This document shows, piece after piece, positions 28,001 through 40,000 of a DNA stretch of 64,000 nucleotides. Under the pieces are notes generated by a model. It was given only the letters and a program-made list of their open reading frames with translations, ran no database searches and was not told where the DNA came from. The translations under genes were made by a program, and so were the position numbers. The first letter of the stretch is position 1, and every line of letters begins with the position of its first letter. Where the stretch lies: NCBI GenBank assembly GCA_002633005.1, contig NMRA01000404.1, positions 85,394-149,393 of the forward strand. The letters are read 5' to 3'. The DNA comes from Phoronis australis. Its lineage: Eukaryota; Animalia; Phoronida.

Positions 28001-31000
28001 ACAAACTGTCGCATTGTTTTGAATACAAGCAGACATGAGCCATTGTGACAAGCAACTTGCCTCGTTGTTCCCTGTCTTGGTTAAAGGCATGTTTTTAATG
28101 GCTTTCACTCCTGACACCAAAATGAAACGTCCAACCAAAAGTAACATTGCAAGAAATCAACTTGTCATTCAGCACAAGTCCAACATTCTGTCGACATCAA
28201 AAACTTTTTTGAACCCTTGATTTGCCTGATAACTACATGATGTGTTTTTGCTTCATTATTTTCGTAGCCGACCGAGCGCCCCCCATTGTCTAATAGTAAT
28301 ATCGTCTGATAGTTAAGCATGTGCTTTGAACAAATTCTGGGACTTTTTTAAGTGACTAGCGGGGAGCAAACCTTCATGTAAATGTACGTCCTGGGCATCC
28401 AAATGGGGGCCCTCGCACTAATCTGGATGCACTCGCAAGAATGTCCAATTTATCATTTGGTCGCCCACTGTCATTGTAAGATTACTAGGACTCCCAGTTA
28501 ATGAATGATCTTTGACAGTTTAAGAGGATTGGTGGCTGTTCAACTCCAAAAGAAATATACAGTGTATGTAAAATGACTGTTCAACGCAGAAAGAAAAAAT
28601 ATTCAATGTATATAAAATGTTATATTGTATCAAACTAGGTTCAAAGTATTAAGAAGACCTGTCAATCATTAGCACAAGTTACCTTGCCAAAGTGTCAGGG
28701 GGAGGTGTTAGTCTTTACAAACTACCGTGCTTCCCATCGAAATACCAGTCGAATAGCACAGTCTTGCGGGATCTTGCTTTTCTCTCAATAAACTTGCCCT
28801 GAACGCACGCCTATGTGTAGGAATACGTTAGTTCTAAGAGATGACAAGTAGCAACCGAGGTACGGAAAAACCCCATCACGCGCGGGATCTTGACGCCACT
28901 GTATCGTGTGTGCTATTCCACTTCAGTTCGTTACTTCAATCTGCCGACGTATATTTTAACTGAAATGCTTGAAATCCAACGTCAATGTAGCTCCATGAGG
29001 GTAAAATTAGGAATCACTGATCAAGACATGTAAAACAGCACACTGTCTGAAATGTGAGAATTAGGCCAATGTCACTAAAATCGATGTGTCCAAAATTTGA
29101 GAAGTATGAAGAATGCCAAATTTGAACATATACCAAATTTCAGAATCAAAAAAATTAATTCATTTTGGGATTGGACTTAAGTTTCCGAAATTTGGGAGAC
29201 TCTAAATTCAGGATATTTTACAATTATGACAATTCTACATGGTTCATTCTTTTAGTATACAACTTATGAGTACATACGACAAATAGAAACAACACTGGGT
29301 GGCAGAGATAGATGTCAGTAGCTTTTAAAACAGCGCTTATCGCCCTGTAGTGTTGAACTGCTTTATTGGAGCAGCACGCTAACTGGAATGCCATGATATT
29401 CAGTAATCAGCTGACGATGAAACACGTGTCGTGAAGATAAACTATGGCTAGGTTCAAAATCGGTGAGAAAATTCAAGCAATAGATGAGGTGGGTTGGGGG
29501 TGAGAGCTGACTTCTAAGTTTCAATGACAATCAAAAATTGTCACTGTTTTGGCATTTCAAGCTTCAAAATAAAATCAAAAGATCGGAAACTGGTCGCAAA
29601 AAAACCAAAGTAGTCTAAAGTATTATAATATGAAATTCAAAAACAGTTTTAAAACATATTTAAAACCAATCATCATTTGGGATATGTCCCTTTGTAAAGA
29701 TGAACCCAAGTTTCCGATCTAAAACGTCATTTCAGGCACTTATAACTCTGTGCAAATGTCAGAGCAAACCAGTTTAGGTGTAAGAACAATCACCACTGTA
29801 AAATACAGTAGTACTAGCCATTACCTTTTCTCTTCATTCCTTGTATGCATCCAGGGCTTGCTGAATAGGCATTACTATAAAAGTTGGCTGATTGCATAAT
29901 AATCTCGGTGGTGACCAGTGTAACATGGGTGGCGTACCATAAGGGGGCTGCGTGCCACCCATGTATAAGGGAGAAATTCTTCTTTTTTTCATCTCAGTTG
30001 CTGCATAAGATGGATTTGGAAAACTGTTTCTGCGTTTTTGAGACTTTTGAATATTCATATAAAAAATATTGGTTATATAGTATGTACTTTCCATTTGAAG
30101 AGTCGAGGCATTCATCAAGAAGTTCTCCACCTACACAGCCACTTTGTTTCTGTATGTTTTCTATTCATATGAATGTGCTAAGGTGACCAGAAACAATTCT
30201 TTCTTTGCCTTCCAGCCAATTAGCCTCAACATGCAGCACATCCTGGTGGCTAGATGCCGTGGCTGCCCAAGTTTGCATATATTGTGACAATATATATCAC
30301 GGATTCACATGCAGCTGTAGCACACAATTTATTCCTGAAAATAGGAACACATCCAACTCATAGGAGAGCAGATGCTAAAAGGGAACATTAATCACCCATG
30401 ATTCCTTAGTCATGTAACTACAGTTATCAAAATGTACTTTCAGTCCTCATAAGCAGCACTAAGACCAGACAACAAACACCTTCATAAGTTCACAAGACTA
30501 CTGTCATATTTCAGTGCCAGTCAAAGCGCCAACAGTGCCCCCTGGAGGGTACACCTGGGTGTCCGAGTTCATGGTGCGAATCTATTGGCAGGTATAGTAC
30601 TTAACATTCTAATCTGGTAAAAATTTTAACAAGTTGGGACCTAATTTCATAATGGTATTTATCAGATGTTGCGTTTTTGACAGAAGATTTTACTATTTGT
30701 CTTTTTCCAGGCTCTTAACGACCGTGATCACAATGGCCGACTAGTTGGTTATAGCATTTTTCATAAAAACAAACCGATCTTTGTCAACAAAGCAGATTAC
30801 TACAGTGATGTTAAGCTGCATGGCAGCCCTCCGTATGTGATTGATGTACGTAGCGTGAACAACGTTGGCCAATCACAGCAGTACTCACGACTAATTGTCA
30901 CTACAAGTATGTATGTCTTTTTCAAATGTTACTTATAGATTTGGTAAAAGACTTATGCGCTCTCTATTGGACCTGTAACACCATTACAGTGCACAGTGTA

Positions 31001-34000
31001 TAATACTTCAGTTGGCAGTGTCATGACATGCGCCCTCTGTTGCAGCTGTAGAACATTACATGAAGATCAGTGTAAACTGTGCACAAGGCACATTACAGTG
31101 TGTATAATACTTCAGTTACGGTGTCATGACGTGTGCCCCCTGTTGCAGCTGTAGAACATTACATGAAGATCAGTGTAAACTGTGCACAAGGCACATTACA
31201 GTGTGTATAATACTTCAGTTGGCAGTGTCATGACATGTGATATATACAGCACACAAAACATTTTGCTAGTTCCCAGCTTTTATAATTTCAATCTTGTTGA
31301 ATGTAAATGTCTTAATTGATCTCTCTTTTCATTTAAGGTTCTTTGGTGTTTATTAACTTTGGAGTGGAGACAACTCAGAGTAAACATATCATCCATGTTC
31401 TGTGGAGACCACCTAAAATGGAGCAGGTGATCAAAGGATATGTGCTCTACCTGTGTGCAAGGACCATTTCACTATATTGCTCTGTGAGTTGGGTGTCCTA
31501 TAATAGTTTATGGATTATTCTTTAATTCTTTTATGTTTTATAGTGTATTGTCCAAGAGAATAAAAACTTAACTGTGTGAGCATCTTTCAGTTCAAGTAGA
31601 TCACAGTAACTACAATCATTTTATATTAACTCCAGCTAGTGTTCATACATAGAACTGTCTTCTGTTTTTAACATTTTGCCTTATTTTGCTATGGTGACCT
31701 TGACTTTGATGCCAGCAAATGTATTAAGTTTCCTGGCAGTCCTAGTTGACAGTTCTCCTGAAGCGTAAAAATCTCACAAATAGGACTCCAAATTCTAAGG
31801 AAAGTTTCCAATGTCTGAAATCACTTTCAGGGTCCAGTTCACTACATTGAGGTAGAGGCCAACAGAACCAGTAAAATGTTGGATACAGAACTGTTGTTTG
31901 GTAGTGGAGCCAATCAGATCAAAGTAGGAATTGGTGTTGTCACCACTGCAACAAACCAATCAGATTCCTATTGGGGTATCACATGGTCCAAGTGTATCTA
32001 CCATACGAGTTCAGGTATACGTTGTTCTTCAATATTGGCAGGAATGTTGAGAGTAATATATATAGTACTCAGAGACTGGTATAGGTGTGTTGTTAGAGAT
32101 ACTGATGGTCTTAATAGAATGATTGATATTGATCGAGTTGCAGCTGATTTGAGTCACAAGATTACTTAACATTGTTGGGGTTCAAGTGGAACACTAGTGT
32201 ATGTGAATGTATCATGTTGTTGTCTGCATTCACCATCCACTGATGTATCTCCAAAGTCCCTTGATAGATGTGAACAAATTTTTATAAAAGTGTTTTTATC
32301 ATGAATGGAACAGTGTGAGGGAATTTCATGGATAGATTCAACCACTGCTGTGCAACCTGGTGGTAATTAGATTTTTTGCTTACTATGTTTTTGCCATCGG
32401 CCAATCCACTGGAAGGACCGTTGTGAAATTTCTCGAATGTGTTCCCTGTGGCGGATTTAGGGGGGGGGGGCATACCATTTGGGAGTTCGTGGTGTGAATT
32501 GTTGATTAGCATATGCACGCACGCAGGGGGTTTGGGGGGCAAAAGCACAATGCAATAGGCCTTGAACAAACCCCGTTTTTGTTTTTTAGTAATAAGGTCC
32601 ACAAATCCATAAATTCGAGACCCCTGCATCCCTACATTTTAGGCTGGGCGCGCACATGTGGCGAAACTCTGGTTATTCCTGCGCCCTGGCCCCCCAACTC
32701 AAAAACTTGGATCCACCCCTGGTTCCTGTTGAGGTTAGATGACTGACTTTTTGATTTTCAGTCAGGTTGTACTCCTGTGGTGCCTCTTTGTAGCAATTTG
32801 TCTTTTCTTTGGATATGCTGTATAAATTTCCATGGAGTTTAGCTAATAGGTGACTATTATAGAGGTGATGAGACATTGCCATTTTCAGATGGTTTTCTGC
32901 TGCCACTGGTGACCTTTTTGAATCTGTTTTGGCCTCAGTCTCTCTATCCCACCAAAGTGCTTGAAACTCTACATTTCCAGTTGGGTCCAACTACTGTGGT
33001 GCCCCCTGTAATGGATTTTTTTGGCTTTACCTTATTATCCACCAAGGTTAAAATTTGGCGAGTATATTTCTACCAACCAGACAATGGCACCTGTCTCGTT
33101 TTACGCAAATTTGACTGATGCTGTGCCCCCTATTGGCCTTTTTATTTTATGTATTACGTCAAAGTAATCAACACAAAAACGAGGATATGAAGAACGAGTC
33201 CAAATTTCATTTTATAAAATTTTTCAAGACATTTTCCCAAAGACACTGTAACAGTATTCTAAATTATCCATTACTACTGTTGAGTACTGTTGTTCCTGGG
33301 TTTTCTTCAATTTTATTACTGTGCGCGTGCAGCGCAGAGTTTTGCTGTTCTACGTATTTTATCTTTTTATTACTCTGCGCGTGCAAGCTCAGAGTTTTAT
33401 TGTTCTACATATTTTATCTTTTTATTATTCTTATTATTATTATTATTATTCCTTCCTTTTCAGATTGTTAGTACTTTTACTTTGATTCGCTAACAACATT
33501 CATATTCACTGTGGCTCATCATTGGGTTTTTTCAGATTATAATGTTTTGACCCAAAATGCACCGGATTGAGCCAAAACGGGTCAAGGAATGCATTTTTAC
33601 AAAATGCTTCTACAGGTTTTAGATAGACTCTTAGAATTTTGGTAACAAGTAGACACTAGAGATCTGCATCCGAAATTTACTTGGAATTCCAATCGGATGA
33701 AGGGAACTGAGCTTCCAGGTCAAAGGTCATTAAGTGCAAATGGAATTTTTGAGCTAGACCTTTCATAATCATGCATATGATTACCATTCATAAAGGAAGT
33801 TTAGTCACAAATTTTGGTGTCACTACATGCAACTTTGGGGTCATTAAGTGCATTTTTCTGTTTAATTTAAGACTTTTTCAATCAGCTTGTATCTGAATGA
33901 TGCATTAGGGAGAGCGTTCAAATTCATGGTGGTTCAACTAATTGCCTATCAAATTCTATTGATAACATGTGAAAGTTTCTTGTGAGTCCAATCAGCCATT

Positions 34001-37000
34001 ACTGAGGTATGACAGTCTGAAGTTAACAAAATTTGGACTTTATTTTAGCGTGTCCAACATAATCAGAGATCTTGATACTCTTTAAATCCATCTCTGTTGC
34101 TTTGCTTGTTTGTCATAAATCTGTGGAGTTCAAACCAGTACAAATAAAATTCAAGAGAAGATTTAAGACAAATGAAAATATATCGACATATCCAGAAACA
34201 GCTACTAAATATAAAAGATTGTAGACTTATTACCATTTTGGTCGATATGTCAAGTTTTTTCCTGTTGAATTTTATGTGATGACCTTTTCACAACACATCT
34301 CTCCTGGGTTTATTGCAGACATCTACAGCATATCCTACATCTGGTCCATAATGCTATTTTCAATTTGATAGTAAAGTGAACTTAGGGACTCCAGGAAGTT
34401 ACTCCCTGAAGCATGCTATTGTTACTCCCTAGAAACACTATTGTCACTGACCTTAGGTGGCCTTTGTCCTGTCCCCAGAATCAAAACATGGTACGTAGTT
34501 ACATTGGATCAGTTTGTGAGACATACTATTGGATGGACAGTCAAATCAGCAATCTCCCACAAAATTTGGCTGATTTTAGTGAGGAATGAAGCGGTATATT
34601 ACTCAGTTTTTATGAGAAATTCATGTGTCGATGCTGTTTGGAACCCACCAGAAATTAAAACAACAAAAACTGTCCCTTTCTATCAACGGTTCTCCCATCG
34701 AGAATGTTGACAAGTTTAAGTACCTGGGCCTTACTTTAGATCCCAATCTTAAATTTAATATGCACAAAGATCATACCACAAAGAAATTATCAAAGAAAAT
34801 CGGTGTACTTAAACGTCTAGGCAAATGTCAGTACTCTTAAGACCCTTCACCATTCCATTATTCAGCCTCATATTGATTATTGTTTACCGGTTAGGGGGTA
34901 GTTAGTAGTGACACACTTGTCAGCAAAGTCCAAGTAATCCAAAACAGAGCCGCCAGGGCTATCCTGGGTACTAGAATTAGGGACACTAGGGTTGACAACT
35001 TGTATTCCAAGCTGGGATTTATGAAGAAGTAAGACAAAGAAATAAATACCTCAGTCTCTACCTGTTGTATTTACAGATGTATCAATGGCTTGGCTCCAGC
35101 GTATCTCGGCAGTAAATTCAATAGCAGTCAGGCTGTATATTCTACACATTCTTCTGTTGCTGGCAATGTTTCTTCTAAAAAAATTAAAACCGAGACGGGC
35201 AAGAGATCTTTTATCTATGCAGCTGCTATAATATGGAATTCTCTTAGCCCAGAAATTAAACGGTCCAATTCAATTACTACCTTCAAAGTAAATATCAAAA
35301 AGTGGCTGTAATTTATCTAACCTTTTATACCCTGCCTGTCTTAATCATGTCATTTTTTCATTGTCGTAAATACTGTCACTGTCTAGAGTCATCTCTTAAT
35401 TTATTTCATCTGTCTTATTTAAATTTTTACCATTATTTGTCATTTAGTTATTGTCTTAATTCTCAACCTGTTTTAAGTGTATCTTTGTTTCGTATATTTC
35501 ATTGTTGTTTTATTACTTCATTGTATTATATTATTGTTTTTCTTGTTGAGGGCCCTCTTGGAAAGCAGTGCTATCACTGAAGAGGCCAACCTCATTTTAA
35601 ATATCACAATAAAAAAATAAATACTGTCCATAAATAGTGCTGAAAATGAAATCAGTTGTGTTTATTCTTCAGGCAATGTTTTTCTTAATGCTATCAGATT
35701 AAATATAATAAAGAGTAATTCAGCGGTAGGACTTGTGGTTTTCTGACCATCCAGAGTTGCGCGCATGCCAACTCTGGATGGGCAATCACAACAAGGTTTA
35801 TGTTATGCTGTATCACACTGTCGTATTCTCAACTACCGAATGAAGTTGTTTCACACAATACAAGATCATCTGCTCATTAGTCACTATCATGTTTCACAGA
35901 ATTGTTTTGCACAACTTGTACAATCTGATTCTAGCATCTTGGAGGTGCCGTATAAGGTTATGCTTCGCAACTCAACGGTTCTAGTGAAAATGTTGTCAAT
36001 TTTACTACAGGATGATATTTTGATATTTTGATATTTACAGAACCTCATGATGTAGCTGGTGAGTGCAACCTGCTTTTAGTTAAAAACTGCACTCAACTTA
36101 TTTGCAAATGTCTTTTCTCCATTTCACACCTAGTTTAGTTTCATCCTGTTTATTTCAAAATTGTAGCCCTATTTGGAAGCAAGTTCCTTTTTTGAATTAA
36201 TGATTGGTGTATTTCATTATATGTTGTGTTGCCTTGTAATGCACGGATACTTTGGTCAGTTTTTGTTTAACATTCCCATGCTTTCCTTGGCCTTCTATGT
36301 CTTTGGTTTGCCTTGCCTGGCATTCTTTAGCCTCTCCTAGCTTTTCTTGGCTTTCCATAGTCTTCCCTGGCTTATTTTAGCCTTCCATGGCTTTCATTAG
36401 CCTCCCCTGGCTTTCCTTGGCTTTCCCTGACTTCAAGGCTTGGAATTTTCTGCGGAAACCCGGATTTCCGCTTTTTTCAAATGTTCTGTCCGCACATTGT
36501 ATTATATTTCCGCGTAAAAAAATCGGATTTGATATAAAATTTCCGCGGCAAATTCCTTTCTTACCACGGCGTTGCAGACGACGTTCACCTCGAAAAGCGG
36601 AAGTTGCTCTTTATGTTTCGGAGGAACTTATATTGTCAACATTGCCGGGGCATCTGGGATAGCGTGGTGGGATTTTCAATTGCATCTCGTGTTATTGTAA
36701 ACCGCGGTGACAAATACTATGGCTCCGCAGCCAAAAATGAGTAGGTTGGGAGCGGACGGACGAGCTAATTCACTCATTTATTCATGCATAATTACGTTGA
36801 TTACCTCTGACTTGATGCTGTGTTCTGTTTGGACTGTCATTTAAAATTACCTCCGAAACTGGTGGCAAATATAGCCGTCTGTTGTGCCCAGCGGAATTGT
36901 TGCACATCGTAATTAAACTGTGTCAGCTCGTTGCCTGTTAGTTGACGCTGTGTCAATGGTGTCTTATGAAATTAAGCTTTTAATAGACCTGTGCTTATTT

Positions 37001-40000
37001 GTTTTATTGAATGAACTTTTGTGGTGTGATGTACCTATTATTTAATGACTCATTTGAATATTCGTATACTTGCAAACTTTAATGTGAGATGAGATACCAC
37101 TTAAATATTTCATTTCGATCTGTCGAATTGTTATAATACTTTGATTTTTAGAGAGCACTTGATTTGACTGTTTACTTGATAACCTGCATGCTTTCTCATT
37201 AAACTGTGAAATTCATTACTTTGAATATAATCAAGGTCTGTCAGATTTCTTACAGCATGTCAAGACTGGATTAAAATTAGTCAAAGTTGTGTAACTGTGC
37301 AGTTTTGTTTGTGTAGGTGCCGTGGCGCCATCTATAGTTTTGTCAAACATCCAGTATTCGTCAGTCACTGTAATGTGGAAACATCTGACTTGTGATGAGA
37401 GCAAAGTGTGGATCTCCAACTATTTACTGCGCTACTGTGAGGGCGCCACTTGTCACAGTGAGTTCAACTTTTATATGTTCCAACTATATACTGCGCTACT
37501 GTGAGGTCGCCACTTGTCTTAGTGAGTTCAACTTTTATATGTTTCAACTATATACTGCGCTACTGTGAGGTCGCCACTTGTCACAGTGAGTTCAACTTTT
37601 ATATGTTTCAACTTTATACTGCGGTACTGTGAGGGCGCCACTTGTCACAGTGAGTTCAATTCTGGTTATGGTAATGCTGTGCAGATTTTCTCCTGCGTTT
37701 TCCAAGGCGGTCAGTTCAGATAATTATAGCTACTTTGAGTATTAAAGGTCCTAACTTTGTTCAGATTTGTATTTAAGACGAACTATATTCATCGCATATC
37801 AAATCTACAAAACTGCCAGGGACCGTGCTGAAGGCAATATGTTGGGTTTATGGACAGATGAAATTCAACCCCTGAAAGCTCAGCTGTCCTAGCTCCATGT
37901 AAACTGACAAACGTTTGTTGAAACCGAATATGGGAAATGCTACCTGTCAGAGGTTGTATAATAATTTGTTTCATGATTCAAGTAAGAGCCATGTTGATAA
38001 CATGCCCAAGAGGTTGAGCATATTAGTCATTTCATAAATACAACCAGAGGATGTTTGTTTCCTACTGATTTCATGATCTGCCTGATTGTCGTTGCATGAG
38101 TATATCCACTCACGTACTCCATACTTAGTGCGCTTCTGACTGTCACGTCATCAATAATCTTTACATAGTCAGTCTCTGATTGGTCGCATCTGGAGTAATG
38201 TTTAGATAGTTGGCCTCTGATTGGTCACATCATCAATGATGTTTACATAGTCAGCCTCTGATTGGTCACCTCATTATATTTACATCATCAGTCTGATTGA
38301 TAATTTCATCGACAATGTTTACATATTCAGCCTGATTGGTTAGATCTGGTGTTCGAAAAAGTTTCAACAGGACCCTGCTGTGTGCCAAAACAATCACCTG
38401 TGAACCTGCCCTCCACCACAAAAAATTACCTGGACTATATGTCCTTATGAAAATTGTCTCAAATGGTTCCTTTAGTTCAAATAATGTGGTGAGTTCAGGG
38501 CTTTAAAGGAACTCTGGCAACCAATTTGTGGTTGTTTTAAATCAGTGTCTACAATTTGTGGTTGTTTTAAATCAGTGTCTACAATTTGTGGTTGGTTTAA
38601 ATCAGTGTCTACAATTTGTGGTTGGTTTAAATCAGTGTCTACAACTTGCTTCCTTTGGGTGTGTCATGTTTTGCACTCAATGATCGAACCACGGGAAATT
38701 TCCTCTGGGCCCAAGTCTATCAATTTTGTTGTGTCATCTTTAAAGGTGCTTATGGCCAGATGGGTGAAGACTTACTGTGTATTGGTGATCCTGTCTGTTT
38801 TTCAGAGAGTGGTCCAGTGAACATCAGTTTAGCTGTGTCTGGGAACAAATACATTAGACATAAGTTGACTAATCTAGCTCCAGCCACGGAGTACACTGTC
38901 TCGGTAGTGATGATTAATAGTAATGGAGGCATCCTACACACTGAGAGGGATAACAGGAAGAACTTCACTACACATGACTTAATGAGTGAGTTGTTAGCTA
39001 ACTTACATCACTTGTCTCATTACTGTTAGTAGTGTATTGTGTGATAGAGGTGGTGTACAGTGTATTGTGTGATAGAGGTGGTGTACAGTGTATTGTGTGA
39101 TAGAGATGGTGTACAGTGTATTGTGTGATAGAGGTGGTGTACAGTGTATTGTGTGATAGAGGTGGTGTACAGTGTATTGTGTGATAGAGGTGGTGTACAG
39201 TGTATTGTGTGATAGAGGTGGTGTACAGTGTATTGTGNTCAACTTTATACTGCGGTACTGTGAGGGCGCCACTTGTCACAGTGAGTTCAATTCTGGTTAT
39301 GGTAATGCTGTGCAGATTTTCTGCCGCGTTTTCCAAGGCGGTCAGTTCAGATAATTATAGCTACGTTGAGTATTAAAGGTCCTAACTTTGTTCAGATTTG
39401 TATTTAAGACGGACTATATTCATCGCATATCAAATCTACAAAACTGCCAGGGACCGTGCTGAAGGCAATGTTGGGTTTATGGACAGATGAAATTCAACCT
39501 CTGAAAGCTCAGCTGTCCTAGCTTCATGTAAACTGACAAACGTTTGTTGAAACCGAATATGGGAAATGCTACCTGTCAGAGGTTGTATAATAATTTGTTT
39601 CATGATTCAAGTAGGAGCCATGTTGATAACATGCCCAAGAGGTTGAGCATAGTCATTCATAAATACAACCAGAGGATGTTTGTTTCCTACTGATTTCATG
39701 ATCTGCCTGATTGTCGTTGCATGAGTATATCCGCTCACGTACTTTATACTTAGTGCGCTTCTGACTGTCACGTCATCAATAATCTTTACATAGTCAGTCT
39801 TTGATTGGTCGCATCTGGAGTAATGTTTAGATAGTTGGCCTCTGATTGGTCACATCATCAATGATGTTTACATAGTCAGCTCATTATATTTACATCATCA
39901 GTCTGATTGATAATTTCATCGACAATGTTTACATATTCAGCCTGATTGGTTAGATCTGGTGTTCAAAAAAGTTTCAACAGGACCCTGCTGTGTGCCAAAA

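Noticed and set aside
38160-38345. Cluster of CTGATTGG (inverted CCAAT) boxes as an internal promoter
   Set aside because: They sit in a degenerate intronic tandem repeat with no other promoter evidence.
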